64,000 bases of DNA from contig CAWDFP010000002.1 in NCBI GenBank assembly GCA_963801605.1, positions 2,463 through 66,462 of the forward strand. Direction: 5' to 3'. This document shows positions 54,168 to 64,000 of the stretch, piece by piece; the stretch's first letter is position 1, and the number at the start of each line of letters is the position of its first letter. The notes below the pieces were generated by a model that saw only the letters and a program-made list of their open reading frames with translations, had not been told where the DNA came from and searched no databases. This DNA comes from an uncultured candidate division Zixibacteria bacterium. Lineage in GTDB: Bacteria; Zixibacteria; MSB-5A5; UBA10806. The position numbers and the translations under genes are program-made.

Positions 54168-55600
54168 CGCTCTATGGCGATCATCCTGATGTCGGTCATT
54201 TCTTCGATGGCATATTTGACGCCTTCCCGTCCGAGGCCCGACATCTTGACGCCACCGTAAGGCATATTATCGGCCCGATAGGTAGGCACGTCGTTTATGA
54301 TTACTCCACCCACCTTCAGACTGTAGATGGCCCTATTAATATTGTCGATATTCTTGGAAAAAACGCCGGCTTGCAGGCCGTAAACCGAATCGTTCACCAT
54401 ATTGATAGCATCCCCAAACTCTCGGAAGGGAACCACGCAGACGATCGGCCCAAACGCTTCCCGATTCATTACTTTCATTTCAGGAGTGGTATTTGTCAAG
54501 ATTGTCGGCCAGTAATAAGGGCCCTGCCGGTTTCCACCTACCAGGACCTTGGCTCCAGCCGATAGGGCTTCGTTTACCCACGATTCTATTCGTTTGGCAT
54601 CGGTTTCTGAAATCATAGGACCAACATCGGTTTTCTCGTCAAGCGGACTGCCTGAAACCAGAGTTTTGACCTGCCCGACGAATGCCCGCAGGAATTCCTC
54701 GAAAATTTCCTGTGCGACGAAGATCCGCTGCACCGAAATACAGACTTGTCCGGCATAGGCAAATGCCCCGGTAGCCAGGCGGGGAATGGCGCCAATGAGA
54801 TCGGCTGTTTTATCGACGATGACGGCTGAATTTGAGCCGAGTTCCAGAATCAGGCGTTTGATTCCAGCGTTGCGGGAAATTTCGAGACCAACCTCGGGCG
54901 AGCCTGTAAATGTTATGGTTCTGATATCATTGGATTCAACCAAAGGCATACCGACTTTATCGCCAGCACCATAGATCAAATTAAATCCGCCCGATGGCAG
55001 CTCAGTTTTGGCAATTATTTCAGCCAGGAGAAAAGCCGTTAGCGGCGTGTATGATGCCGGTTTGAGAATTACCGGGCAGCCCGCCGCGATAGCCGGGGCG
55101 ACTTTATGAGCCACCAAATTCAAGGGAAAATTGAACGGCGATATGGCGGCTACGATACCGGCCGGGACTCTCATAAAAAAGCCATATTTCGATTCCGAAC
55201 CGATGGCGGCGTCGAGAGGAATGGAGGAGCCTTCGATATCGAGGGCACAGGAAGCGGCAAATTTGAAGGTCTGCTGAGCGCGTCTGACCTCGGCCAACGA
55301 TTGTTTGATCGGCTTACCGGCTTCGAGCGTGATTGTTTCGGCCAGTTTTTTCTCATCATCGATAAGGAGATTTGATATTTTTTCAAGAATCGCGGCTCGC
55401 TTGTGCGCCGGTAAGGCCTCCATGGGCTCAAGCGCTTCTTTTCCGACGGTGATAGCCATACTGATCAATTCCTCGTCGGCCAGGGGATAGGTGCCAAGCG
55501 CCGCATTGGAATGTTTATTGACCACTTGAAGTTGTGATTCGCCGTCCAGGAAGTGCCCGCCGATATAAAATTTAGCATTAATCATAATATTATCCTCCAC
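54164..55600 (-). CDS. NAD(P)-dependent aldehyde dehydrogenase
   Basis: Catalytic Glu context LILELGSNSA and catalytic Cys context YAGQVCISVQR, with FTGSPEVG and a C-terminal GGVKMSGLGREG. Confidence 0.9.
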   Translation of the reverse strand: MEDNIMINAKFYIGGHFLDGESQLQVVNKHSNAALGTYPLADEELISMAITVGKEALEPMEALPAHKRAAILEKISNLLIDDEKKLAETITLEAGKPIKQSLAEVRRAQQTFKFAASCALDIEGSSIPLDAAIGSESKYGFFMRVPAGIVAAISPFNFPLNLVAHKVAPAIAAGCPVILKPASYTPLTAFLLAEIIAKTELPSGGFNLIYGAGDKVGMPLVESNDIRTITFTGSPEVGLEISRNAGIKRLILELGSNSAVIVDKTADLIGAIPRLATGAFAYAGQVCISVQRIFVAQEIFEEFLRAFVGQVKTLVSGSPLDEKTDVGPMISETDAKRIESWVNEALSAGAKVLVGGNRQGPYYWPTILTNTTPEMKVMNREAFGPIVCVVPFREFGDAINMVNDSVYGLQAGVFSKNIDNINRAIYSLKVGGVIINDVPTYRADNMPYGGVKMSGLGREGVKYAIEEMTDIRMIAIER

Positions 55601-55686
55601 CAGCGATTATATAACGCATTCAGCCGCTCTGCAAGAGATATAAACTTCGCTCGCTTGAATGGCCGAAATTATTTTCAAAATTTGTT

Positions 55687-55723
55687 GAAATAAAAAGGCG
55701 TCAGGAATTTCTGCCCGACGCCT
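55687..55723 (-). terminator. Rho-independent terminator after rplY
   Basis: On the minus strand: AGGCGTCGGG-CAGAAATT-CCTGACGCCT (10-bp stem including one G-U) followed by TTTTTATTTC. Confidence 0.7.
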
Positions 55724-55745
55724 GAATATAACCGAAATAGCGATA

Positions 55746-56468
55746 TTACTTTTTATCGCCTTTTTCCTTTTCGCGCTCGGCTTTACGCTCCTCGGCCTTC
55801 TTCTCGGCGATAACTTCGGGCTCGGCAGGGCCTTCCTCACCGGGAGCAGCAGCGGCGGCAGCGGCGGCGGCTTCGCCTTCAGCGGCTGTCGGAGTAGCTT
55901 CCTTGATGATAGTAGGCGGCACCACCGAGATAATGGTTTCCTCGGGGCTTTCCAGGATTTCGATGTTTTCAACCTTGATATCCCGAACGTGCAATGACTC
56001 ATGGATTTTCAAAAGGGAAATATCCAGCACGAACCGATCGGGGATATTGGCCGGCAAACAGGAAATCTCCACGTCGCGCACCATCCAGTTGACGATTCCG
56101 CCGAAATTTTTCACGCCATCGGGAACACCTTCCAATACAATCGGTATGTGCACTCGAATGTTTTCGGTCAGAGAGATATGCTGAAAATCGATATGAATCA
56201 GAGTTCCCTCAACCGGGTCCCTTTGCACGTCGCGAATCAGCGCCAATTTTTCGGATTTTACGCCATCGATGTTAAGATTGACCAGCAAATTTTCGCTGGA
56301 AGCTTTGCGCATAACGTTGTGGAAATGGCTGTGGTCAAGCTCAATGGCTACCGGCTCTTCGCCCTTGCCGTAAACCACGCCAGGTATCTTTCCGGCAGCC
56401 CTCATTTTTCTGGCAACGCCCTTGCCGGAATCCAGACGGCGCTTTACATCAATCGTTACTTCCTTCAT
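55746..56468 (-). CDS. rplY: 50S ribosomal protein L25 / general stress protein Ctc form, with an Ala/Glu/Lys-rich tail
   Basis: RKMRAAGKIPGVVYGKGEEPVAIELD and the two-domain Ctc layout. The C-terminal tail is AAEGEAAAAAAAAAPGEEGPAEPE...KEKGDKK. Confidence 0.9.
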   Translation of the reverse strand: MKEVTIDVKRRLDSGKGVARKMRAAGKIPGVVYGKGEEPVAIELDHSHFHNVMRKASSENLLVNLNIDGVKSEKLALIRDVQRDPVEGTLIHIDFQHISLTENIRVHIPIVLEGVPDGVKNFGGIVNWMVRDVEISCLPANIPDRFVLDISLLKIHESLHVRDIKVENIEILESPEETIISVVPPTIIKEATPTAAEGEAAAAAAAAAPGEEGPAEPEVIAEKKAEERKAEREKEKGDKK

Positions 56469-56529
56469 GTTTACTCCTATTGTTAAATTATCATATTCTT
56501 CAAATTTTTACCGTAATCACTCCGTATTA

Positions 56530-57468
56530 TTATCCTTCAAAAAGGCTCGAGAGCGATTTTTCTTCGTGAATTCGAAGTATGGCGTCAGCGAATAATCTGG
56601 AAACCGATAGCACCTCTATCTTGGGACTCGTCTTTTCCGCCGGATTATAAATCGTATCCGATACGAACAGCTTTTCGATTGGCGATTTGTTTAATTTTTC
56701 CAGAGCCTGTCCGGAAAGCACGGCATGAGTGCAGGCCGCAATGATTCTTTTAGCACCCCGGTCCCTGAGGACATGGGCGGCCTCGCACAAAGTACCGGCC
56801 GTATCGACCATGTCATCGCGGATAACCACGTTCTTGCCGTCGATATCGCCGATGATATTCATAACTTCAGCTTTATTAATATCGGGACGCCGCTTATCGA
56901 TAATGGCGATACTGAAATCAAGGTCTTTGGCAAAAGCACGGACCAGCTTGATCGAGCCAACATCAGGCGTAACCGCCACGGCGCGGCCGAGGTCGAGTTT
57001 CCTGATATGCTCGTTGAATACTTTCGACGAATAAAGGTGGTCGGACGGACAATCGAAAAAGCCCTGAATCTGGGAGGCATGCAAATCCATCAGCATGACG
57101 CGATCAACTCCGGCGGTGGTTATCAGGTTGGCCATCAACTTGGCTGTAATGGCTACCCTCGGCTGGTCTTTGCGATCCTGGCGGGCATAACCGTAATAGG
57201 GGATAACCGCCGTGATACGTTTGGCTGAAGCCCGACGGCAGGCATCGATCATGATAAACAGTTCCATCAGATTTTCGGCCGGCGGATTGGTGGATTGCAG
57301 TATAAAAACATCCATGCCGCGAATATTTTCGTTTATCTGGAAAAATATCTCACCGTCCGAAAAATGCTTTAACGTACACTGGGAGACTTCCTTGCCGAGA
57401 TGTCTGGCGACTTGTGCCGCCAGAGGCTGGTTGGAACTCCCTGCAAATAATTTAAATTCGTCTACCAT
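56530..57468 (-). CDS. prs: Ribose-phosphate pyrophosphokinase
   Basis: FSDGEI, VIPYYGYARQDRK, DLHASQIQGFF and DDMVDTAGTL (PRPP loop). 312 aa. Confidence 0.95.
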   Translation of the reverse strand: MVDEFKLFAGSSNQPLAAQVARHLGKEVSQCTLKHFSDGEIFFQINENIRGMDVFILQSTNPPAENLMELFIMIDACRRASAKRITAVIPYYGYARQDRKDQPRVAITAKLMANLITTAGVDRVMLMDLHASQIQGFFDCPSDHLYSSKVFNEHIRKLDLGRAVAVTPDVGSIKLVRAFAKDLDFSIAIIDKRRPDINKAEVMNIIGDIDGKNVVIRDDMVDTAGTLCEAAHVLRDRGAKRIIAACTHAVLSGQALEKLNKSPIEKLFVSDTIYNPAEKTSPKIEVLSVSRLFADAILRIHEEKSLSSLFEG

Positions 57469-57530
57469 TCCCTTACCCTGAACCCAGTTTTAGTCTGTTC
57501 GGATACTCCATGATATGCCAATACAAAAAA

Positions 57531-57602
57531 CTGGGGCGCCAGGATTCGAACCTGGGATTGCCAGCTCCAAAGGCTGGTGACTTACCGCTTGTCGACGCCC
57601 CA
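57531..57602 (-). tRNA. tRNA-Gln (anticodon TTG)
   Basis: The reverse complement is TGGGGCGTCGACAAGCGGTAAGTCACCAGCCTTTGGAGCTGGCAATCCCAGGTTCGAATCCTGGCGCCCCAG. The acceptor stem is TGGGGCG/CGCCCCA, the anticodon loop is CTTTGGA and the T-loop is GGTTCGAATCC. Confidence 0.95.
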
Positions 57603-57616
57603 AGGCTTAGCCTTAT

Positions 57617-57644
57617 ATAATATTGAAATTTAACCGATTGTCAA
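57617..57644 (-). promoter_or_regulatory. Sigma70-type promoter for tRNA-Gln-prs-rplY
   Basis: On the minus strand: TTGACA (57644-57639), a 16-nt spacer and TATTAT (57622-57617). The tRNA 5' end lies 15 nt downstream. Confidence 0.5.
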
Positions 57645-57765
57645 GTATGGTATTGATATTAATTTCCAAAACAGTCTCCCTTTTTGGAGGCGTATGCCCT
57701 GATTTTCCCGGTATCCGATAAAGAAGAGGTTGTAGAATTTCCGAAAATAACTTATATAATCATTC

Positions 57766-58743
57766 ATGAAAAATTCGACTTTTGAGCCTGTCGAAGCAGG
57801 CATTGTAGATATCGCAAAGGCGCCTAAACGACGTTTGCCCTGGCTGGATTGGATATTCAGGCTGAGAATTGAGGAGTTTCTGGCCCTGATGGCATCCGGG
57901 CCAATGGTTTACTACACTTTCAAAGCTTATTTTTACTTCAAGGCTCAGGGGCACATCCCCAGACTATTTATGGGCGATATCCAGCGCGTAATTGGGATCG
58001 TTATCGTTGTAGCCATAGCGCTTTTAATAGTCAAATTTAAGCCGCAGTGGCGATTTCTGCGATCGAGCCTGCCGTTTGCTTATTGCCTGGCGATCTATAC
58101 TAATCTTCACGATACAATTCATTTCGTGAATCCCAATGATATTCACTTTGCATTAATAAAGATCGATCAATGGATTTTTGGAGTTCAGGCCTCGGTTTGG
58201 GCTCAACAGTTTATTCATCCCTGGTTAACCGAGGTGTTCTCATTCTGTTATTGGATCTATTTTATCTTGATTCCGCTGGTGGCCGTGATTCTTTATATCC
58301 AGAAAAGATATCCACAGTTTCGCGAGGCGCTGATTTCAACTATTCTGTGCTTCTATGCCGGATATGTCCTCTATCTAATATTTCCGGCGGTGTCACCCAG
58401 CGTCATTTTAAAGGATATGTATACTGTTAAGCTTAACGGTACACCGTTGACCGATGCTACCATGGGAATTGCCAACTCGCTGCCGTCTGATGTCAGAGAC
58501 GCATTTCCGTCGCTTCATGCCGCTATCGCGATTCTTTCCCTTCTATTTGCCTGGAAATATATCCGTTTACTATTTTGGATTCTTCTGCCGGTCTGTACCG
58601 GTTTGGTGCTTTCCACAATCTACCTCAGGCATCATTATGTAATCGATTTGCCCGCCGGATTCTTGCTGGGATATCTGGCTTTTAAATATGGCGGTAAAAT
58701 CGATGCCTGGTGGTGTTCGAAACACCCGGATTTTAACTCCTAA
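57766..58743 (+). CDS. PAP2-superfamily membrane protein (PAP2_3 / inositol-phosphoceramide-synthase-like subgroup)
   Basis: Polytopic and 325 aa. It has the C-terminal motifs FPSLHAA and YLRHHYVIDLPAGFLLG (S-x-H and H-x3-D of PAP2 motifs C2/C3). Confidence 0.7.
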   Translation: MKNSTFEPVEAGIVDIAKAPKRRLPWLDWIFRLRIEEFLALMASGPMVYYTFKAYFYFKAQGHIPRLFMGDIQRVIGIVIVVAIALLIVKFKPQWRFLRSSLPFAYCLAIYTNLHDTIHFVNPNDIHFALIKIDQWIFGVQASVWAQQFIHPWLTEVFSFCYWIYFILIPLVAVILYIQKRYPQFREALISTILCFYAGYVLYLIFPAVSPSVILKDMYTVKLNGTPLTDATMGIANSLPSDVRDAFPSLHAAIAILSLLFAWKYIRLLFWILLPVCTGLVLSTIYLRHHYVIDLPAGFLLGYLAFKYGGKIDAWWCSKHPDFNS

Positions 58744-58744
58744 A

Positions 58745-60034
58745 ATGACCAGAATTGCTTTTGTTTCGGTAGGCTGTAAGCTCAACCGATACGAAATTCA
58801 ATTGATGTCGGAGGCGCTGGCTCCATACGGCATTATAACAGTGCCCTTTTCTCAGCAGGCCGATTGCTATGTTATCAATACATGCAGTGTCACCAGTGAC
58901 GCCGATCTCTCATCGCGGCAGCTAATCAGGCGAGCCAGGCGGCAGAATCCTACCGCAAAGGTTATCGCCACCGGTTGCTATGCGCAGCTTCGCCCTGACG
59001 AGATGAAGGAGCTTGAGCTTGACGCTGTCATCTCAAATCAGGAAAAGGAAAACCTGCCCGAAGTTGTGCTGCAACTGTTTGGCATCGTTGATAAATCGAT
59101 AATTAAGACCGATGATCTGACGATTTCGGGAATGAATGGGATGACGAGAGCCTTCGTAAAGATCGAGGACGGTTGCGATGAGGAATGCGCCTTTTGTACG
59201 ATCTGGATAGCACGCGGGCCGGTGCGCTCAAGAAAAGCCGGTACCATTATCGAAGAGGTAAATAAGCTTTCGGCCAACGGATTCAAAGAGGCAGCGCTAA
59301 CCGGAGTGCATATAGGAAAATATTCATCGGACGCCCTTGATTTTATTGGCTTGCTCAGAGAATTGTTAAAGAAAACCTCGATTCCCCGTATCAGGTTATC
59401 ATCATTAAATCCTCTCGAAATAACGGATGAGCTGATATCTCTGATGGCGATTGAGCCGCGGCTTTGTCCCCATATTCATCTTTCGATCCAATCGGGCGAT
59501 GATGATATCCTTCGAATGATGGGTAGAAAGTACAGCCGTTCCGATATAATTTCGGTCACGAGGCGTCTTACAAACGCTATCCCCGAGATAACAATCGGAG
59601 CTGATATTATCGCGGGCTTTCCGGGCGAATCTATCGAATCGTTCGAAAATACCAGGAATCTTATCGATGAATGCGCCCTGAATCATCTTCATATCTTCCC
59701 ATATTCAGATCGTCCCGGCACCAAATCGTCAACTATGAGCGGCAAGGTCCCGATAGAGGAGAGGCATCGGCGAACGGCTATACTTCGCGACATCGGCCGC
59801 CTCAAAAAGGCGAAACATCTTGAAAAGTTCGTTGGTAAGAGTTTGCAGGTGCTGTTTGAAAACAGGGAACTCAGTAATAAGATGACCGGACTCTCGGGAA
59901 ATTATCTAAGGGTGGATGCTCCTCTCGACAAGCGTTGCCTGGGTGAAATCGTAGAGGTAAAGCTCGCTATGGTCCGAGGCGAAAAATTGATAACAAAATT
60001 CAATACCGAGATATCTCCGGCAAAAAAGGGTTGA
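58745..60034 (+). CDS. mtaB: Radical-SAM methylthiotransferase, MtaB-like (tRNA t6A37 methylthiotransferase)
   Basis: The likely start is ATG 58745, 1 nt after the PAP2 stop. UPF0004 domain IAFVSVGCKLNRYE...NTCSVT, radical SAM CDEECAFC, and a C-terminal TRAM-like domain. Confidence 0.85.
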   Translation: MTRIAFVSVGCKLNRYEIQLMSEALAPYGIITVPFSQQADCYVINTCSVTSDADLSSRQLIRRARRQNPTAKVIATGCYAQLRPDEMKELELDAVISNQEKENLPEVVLQLFGIVDKSIIKTDDLTISGMNGMTRAFVKIEDGCDEECAFCTIWIARGPVRSRKAGTIIEEVNKLSANGFKEAALTGVHIGKYSSDALDFIGLLRELLKKTSIPRIRLSSLNPLEITDELISLMAIEPRLCPHIHLSIQSGDDDILRMMGRKYSRSDIISVTRRLTNAIPEITIGADIIAGFPGESIESFENTRNLIDECALNHLHIFPYSDRPGTKSSTMSGKVPIEERHRRTAILRDIGRLKKAKHLEKFVGKSLQVLFENRELSNKMTGLSGNYLRVDAPLDKRCLGEIVEVKLAMVRGEKLITKFNTEISPAKKG

Positions 60035-60059
60035 CATTCAGCCGGGGGGCGGATATTAT
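60031..60059 (+). promoter_or_regulatory. Sigma70-type promoter for the nuo operon
   Basis: TTGACA (60031-60036, overlapping the mtaB stop), a 17-nt spacer and TATTAT (60054-60059). Confidence 0.45.
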
Positions 60060-60172
60060 TTACGAACCTCCGGTGGAGGTTAAGTCTCTGAAGTATTTGG
60101 TAGATAAGCTCTGTGAGGAGCTTATAATCGGAAATGGAATTGTGAAAAATATCACGCGACTTGAGGCAATAA

Positions 60173-60529
60173 ATGTTTGAAATATATTTCCCGATCGCTC
60201 TGCTGTTTTTCTTCGCGCTGGCAGTGGTTCTGATTATGATCTATCTGCCTAAACTATTGGCGCCCAAGACAAAGGGGCGGCGAATACTATCGCCTTATGA
60301 ATGCGGTATTATACCGGAAACGGACGCTCGCGCCAAGTTTCCCATCAAGTTCTATATGATAGCAATTCTTTTTATCATATTCGATCTGGAGATTGTTTTT
60401 CTATATCCCTGGGCTTTGATTTTACGTCAGCTTAAGATGTTCGCCTTTGTCGAAATGCTGATATTTGTCGGGATTCTGCTTCTCGGTTACCTTTATATCA
60501 TTAAAAAGGGAGCCTTGAAATGGGAATAG
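60173..60529 (+). CDS. nuoA: NADH-quinone oxidoreductase subunit A
   Basis: 118 aa with three TM helices. YECGI and [12 protein letters not shown] motifs. Confidence 0.95.
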   Translation: MFEIYFPIALLFFFALAVVLIMIYLPKLLAPKTKGRRILSPYECGIIPETDARAKFPIKFYMIAILFIIFDLEIVFLYPWALILRQLKMFAFVEMLIFVGILLLGYLYIIKKGALKWE

Positions 60530-60999
60530 AAAAATATATACCCGACGGCATATTACTGACCACGGTCGAAAAGGCAGTTAACTGGTCGCGGCGCTCCTCG
60601 CTCTGGCCGTTGGGATTCGGCCTGGCCTGCTGCGCGATAGAGATGATGTCAACATTTGCCTCGCGTTACGATTTAGCGCGATTCGGAATGGAGGTCATGC
60701 GTTCCTCCCCAAGGCAGGCAGACCTGATGATTGTGGCTGGACGAGTGTCGGTCAGAATGGCGCCGGTAATCAGGCAGCTATATGATCAAATGCCCAGTCC
60801 CAAATATGTAATTTCGATGGGCGCTTGCGCCTCCACAGGCGGCGTGTTCAACAACTATGCGGTCGTGCAAGGCGTCGATAGAATCCTGCCGGTTGATGTT
60901 TATGTGCCGGGATGTCCGCCCAGGCCGGAACAATTGATCGAAGGAATTTTGAAGCTAATGGACAAAATCGAGCATCATAAGCTCGGCAGTGAAAACTAA
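60520..60999 (+). CDS. nuoB: NADH-quinone oxidoreductase subunit B
   Basis: [25 protein letters not shown] and VPGCPPRPE (N2 cluster Cys ligands). Confidence 0.95.
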   Translation: MGIEKYIPDGILLTTVEKAVNWSRRSSLWPLGFGLACCAIEMMSTFASRYDLARFGMEVMRSSPRQADLMIVAGRVSVRMAPVIRQLYDQMPSPKYVISMGACASTGGVFNNYAVVQGVDRILPVDVYVPGCPPRPEQLIEGILKLMDKIEHHKLGSEN

Positions 61000-61001
61000 A
61001 G

Positions 61002-61541
61002 ATGTCTATTACCGAAGAAAAGCTGAAAAAAGAATATTCCGACAGAGTTTTGGAGATATATACTTACAGAGGCGATCTGAACGTTGTCCTGAAGCCTCAG
61101 GATATTCCTGAAATCTGCCGCTTCTTGAAAACCGATCCCGATCTCAAATATAACTTTCTCTCCTGCATTACCGCGGTGGATTACCTGGGAATTAAAGAAA
61201 AACGTTTTGAAGTTGTCTATATCCTTTTCTCGATTGCAAATAAATATCGTTTGATTCTTAAAACCCGCGTGGACGAAAACGAGGAGATTCCATCGCTTAC
61301 GTCACTATGGGGCACCGCCAACTGGCAGGAACGGGAAGTATTCGATATGTTCGGACTCAAGTTTGCGGGTCATCCCAATCTTACTCGGATTCTAATGGAT
61401 GAGAATTGGATCGGGTATCCGCAGCGCAAGGATTTCCCGTTAACTTACGAAGTCCCCAACTTCAGTTATAATAAAGACGAGGTTGATACTCGAAAGAAGT
61501 CGCCCTGGAGAGGAGACGAGTGGCCGCCAGAGAAACAATGA
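61002..61541 (+). CDS. nuoC: NADH-quinone oxidoreductase subunit C
   Basis: [30 protein letters not shown], the 30-kDa subunit signature. Confidence 0.95.
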   Translation: MSITEEKLKKEYSDRVLEIYTYRGDLNVVLKPQDIPEICRFLKTDPDLKYNFLSCITAVDYLGIKEKRFEVVYILFSIANKYRLILKTRVDENEEIPSLTSLWGTANWQEREVFDMFGLKFAGHPNLTRILMDENWIGYPQRKDFPLTYEVPNFSYNKDEVDTRKKSPWRGDEWPPEKQ

Positions 61542-62692
61542 TGCTCAACATGGGCCCTCAGCATCCTGCCACCCACGGCGTGCTGAGGATAGAGCTTGAG
61601 CTTGACGGCGAAACCGTTGTCGAGGCCAGGCCGGTAATCGGCTATCTCCATACCGGTATCGAAAAGAACATGGAGGACAAGACTTATCTCCAGGCCCTCA
61701 CCATGACCGACCGCATGGACTACCTGGCGCCGCTATCGAACAATCTCGTTTATATCGGCGCGCTGGAAAAGCTCATGGAAATCGAGGTGCCGCCAAGAGC
61801 CGAATATATTCGAGTCATTCTAACCGAGCTTACCCGGATAAATTCGCATCTGGTTTGGGTTGGTACACATGCTATAGATATCGGGGCCATGTCGATGCTT
61901 CTCTATGCTTTCAGGGAGCGCGAGAAAATCACCCAAATGTATGAGTTTGTGTCCGGAGTACGCATGATGGCCTCATATTTCCGGTTGGGCGGCCTCACTC
62001 AGGATGTACCATCCGGATTCGAGGAACGAGTTCGGGATATTCTCGATACATTGCCCGCTAAAATCGATGAATATGAAGGACTGCTAACTGAAAATAAGAT
62101 CTGGCGCAATCGCACGATTGGTGTGGGCGTAATTTCCGCTGATGATGCTGTCGATGCCGGCCTATCGGGCCCCAGTCTTCGGGGAAGCGGCTTAGCCTGG
62201 GATATTCGCAAATCTAATCCTTATTCATATTACGATAAATTCGAATTCGATATTGCGGTCGGCAAAAACGGCGATTGCTATGACCGTTATCTGGTCAGGC
62301 TCGAGGAGATGCGTCAGTCGCTTCGCATTATCAGGCAGGCAATCGACGGTCTTCCCGGCGGACCGGTGCGCGTGGAGAATGGCAAAGTTACGCCGCCGCC
62401 TAAAATCGAGGTTCTGACCGGGATGGAGCAGCTTATTCACCACTTCAAGTTGGTGGTTCACGGCATATTGCCGCCGGTCGGCGATGTTTATTTCGCGATT
62501 GAATCCCCCAAGGGAGAGATTGGCTGCTACCTGGTATCTGATGGTTCGAAAAAACCGTACAGGGTGCATTTCAGGCCGCCGTCATTTGTTAATATATCGG
62601 CATTCAACAAGTTAGTGGCAGGCCGAATGATAGCCGATGTTATCGCCTGTATCGGTTCGCTCGATATCGTGCTTGGAGAGATCGATAGGTAA
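61520..62692 (+). CDS. nuoD: NADH-quinone oxidoreductase subunit D
   Basis: [21 protein letters not shown] and RIEEM-like LEEMRQS. The start may instead be ATG 61538, in an ATGA overlap with the nuoC stop. Confidence 0.95.
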   Translation: MAARETMMLNMGPQHPATHGVLRIELELDGETVVEARPVIGYLHTGIEKNMEDKTYLQALTMTDRMDYLAPLSNNLVYIGALEKLMEIEVPPRAEYIRVILTELTRINSHLVWVGTHAIDIGAMSMLLYAFREREKITQMYEFVSGVRMMASYFRLGGLTQDVPSGFEERVRDILDTLPAKIDEYEGLLTENKIWRNRTIGVGVISADDAVDAGLSGPSLRGSGLAWDIRKSNPYSYYDKFEFDIAVGKNGDCYDRYLVRLEEMRQSLRIIRQAIDGLPGGPVRVENGKVTPPPKIEVLTGMEQLIHHFKLVVHGILPPVGDVYFAIESPKGEIGCYLVSDGSKKPYRVHFRPPSFVNISAFNKLVAGRMIADVIACIGSLDIVLGEIDR

Positions 62693-62706
62693 TCGGGAGC
62701 TATAGG

Positions 62707-63204
62707 TTGGAAAAGACAGGAAAACTTTCGGATTCATCGATAAAGGAGATTCAGCGGCTCAAGGGGCTTTATCCCCGGCGCAATTCTGCCATATTGATGG
62801 TGCTGCATGCTGTTCATCGTCAATTTGGTTATTTAGATCGCGTGGCATTGAAAGAAGCCTCCGAAATAATGGAACTCCCTTATATAGATTTTGAGCAAGC
62901 CGCCAGTTTTTATACTCTGTTTCCCAATAAGCCCGTCGGGAAATATCATATTCAGGTTTGCCGAACTCTTTCCTGTCAACTTCGCGGAGCGGAGGAGTTA
63001 ACAGCGATGCTAAAGGAAAAGCTTGGCATCGGAATTGGTGGAGTAACAGAAGACGGATTATTTTCGCTGGCCGAAGTGGAATGCCTGGGTTCCTGTGGTA
63101 CTGCGCCCATGATGCAGATCAATGAAACGTATTATGAAAATCTGACCCGCGAACGCGTCAATCAAATTCTGGATGAACTTAGGAAAAAAGCACAGCATGG
63201 CTGA
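62707..63204 (+). CDS. nuoE: NADH-quinone oxidoreductase subunit E
   Basis: 2Fe-2S ligand pattern VCRTLSC ... [12 protein letters not shown] start. Confidence 0.9.
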   Translation: MEKTGKLSDSSIKEIQRLKGLYPRRNSAILMVLHAVHRQFGYLDRVALKEASEIMELPYIDFEQAASFYTLFPNKPVGKYHIQVCRTLSCQLRGAEELTAMLKEKLGIGIGGVTEDGLFSLAEVECLGSCGTAPMMQINETYYENLTRERVNQILDELRKKAQHG

Positions 63205-64000
63205 GTTCGAGAAGATACTATTCAAAAATATTAATTTTCCCGGCCAGGACCGAATTGATACTTATATCCAAAACGGAGGGTATCAGGCGCTTGAAAAGGC
63301 TGTCACCGGGATGAAGCCAGAGGAAGTGATTGACGAAGTAATCAAATCTGGCCTTCGCGGACGGGGAGGCGCCGGATTTCCCACCGGCCGCAAGTGGTCG
63401 TTTTTACCCAAAGGAGTCAATAAACCGGTTTACTTAACAGTCAACGCCGATGAATCTGAGCCGGGGACATTCAAAGATCGTCAACTCATGGAATTTGAGC
63501 CGCACCTGATACTCGAAGGTGTCCTGATTTCGGCCTATGCCATTAATTGCAAAATTGCATTTATATATATCAGAGGGGAATTTGCCTACGCCGCGGCGCA
63601 GCTTAACCGTGCGATTGAAGAAGCCCGCGCTAAAGGATTCTTAGGCAAAAATATTTTCGGAAAAGGTATAGATATCGAAGTGGTTGTTCATCGCGGCGGC
63701 GGGGCGTATATCTGCGGCGAGGAAACGGCCCTTTTGACATCGCTTGAAGGCGGCATGGGATATCCCAGAATCAAACCACCATTTCCTGCGATCGCCGGGC
63801 TTTACGGCTGCCCAACGATTATCAATAATATCGAGACTCTGGCCAATGTCCCCCATATCATTAATCGCGGGGCACAGTGGTTTGCATCGATAGGTACGCC
63901 CAAATCGACCGGCAGCAAGATTTTTTGCATGTCGGGGCATGTCAATAAGCCGGGAAATTACGAGCTTCCGATGGGCGTTTCGCTCAGAGAATTAATATAT
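63197..64000 (+). CDS. nuoF: NADH-quinone oxidoreductase subunit F; 3' end lies outside the window
   Basis: ATG 63197 overlaps the nuoE stop. [16 protein letters not shown] (FMN site), [13 protein letters not shown] and [12 protein letters not shown]. The frame is open to the window edge. Confidence 0.95.
   Translation, partial: MAEFEKILFKNINFPGQDRIDTYIQNGGYQALEKAVTGMKPEEVIDEVIKSGLRGRGGAGFPTGRKWSFLPKGVNKPVYLTVNADESEPGTFKDRQLMEFEPHLILEGVLISAYAINCKIAFIYIRGEFAYAAAQLNRAIEEARAKGFLGKNIFGKGIDIEVVVHRGGGAYICGEETALLTSLEGGMGYPRIKPPFPAIAGLYGCPTIINNIETLANVPHIINRGAQWFASIGTPKSTGSKIFCMSGHVNKPGNYELPMGVSLRELIY

Noticed and set aside
55607-56002. 131-codon minus-strand ORF overlapping the rplY 3' end and its terminator
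   Set aside because: It is out of frame with the well-supported L25 gene. Its translation is Pro/Arg/Lys-rich and is produced by the GCN-rich tail region.

Overview
This is a 64-kb chromosomal segment from a Gram-negative bacterium. I saw no CRISPR array, transposase, integrase, rRNA or phage genes. A T9SS-type C-terminal sorting domain, dockerin-like C-termini and FN3/BNR secreted proteins suggest an FCB-superphylum-related, probably uncultivated lineage; finer placement needs a database search.

Content from left to right:
- A housekeeping block: HldE-like 3' fragment, M24 aminopeptidase, accB, pilT, a GT2, surE, TPR proteins and tRNA-Glu.
- A roughly 1,950-aa modular, repeat-rich surface protein with a dockerin-like tail, split by one frameshift.
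- Two secreted FN3-containing proteins, one of them T9SS cargo.
- A roughly 16-kb polysaccharide (O-antigen/EPS-type) locus that looks AT-richer by eye. It has a Wzy-like and a Wzx-like protein, several GT4/GT2 enzymes, a DegT aminotransferase, acetyltransferases, deacetylases and an AsnB-like protein lacking its Cys nucleophile.
- Ferredoxin, lipB and an O-methyltransferase.
- A 126-nt perfectly paired cloverleaf palindrome between convergent genes.
- A K+-independent-type H+-PPase.
- A glycolipid-type operon (GT4-GT4-UPF0104-ugd) that ends in an uncharacterised SLOG/DprA-like plus AbiGi-like fusion protein. This is my top candidate for something new.
- A deoxyhypusine-synthase-like enzyme, a sigma54 two-component pair, an exonuclease-DinG helicase and an ALDH.
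- rplY-prs-tRNA-Gln, a PAP2 protein, mtaB and nuoA-F.

Eight reading-frame breaks in five genes all sit in short homopolymers, and seven of them are +1 insertions. I read them as consensus (sequencing) errors rather than pseudogenisation. Functional calls rest on motifs I recognise by eye in the ORF translations; no searches were run.
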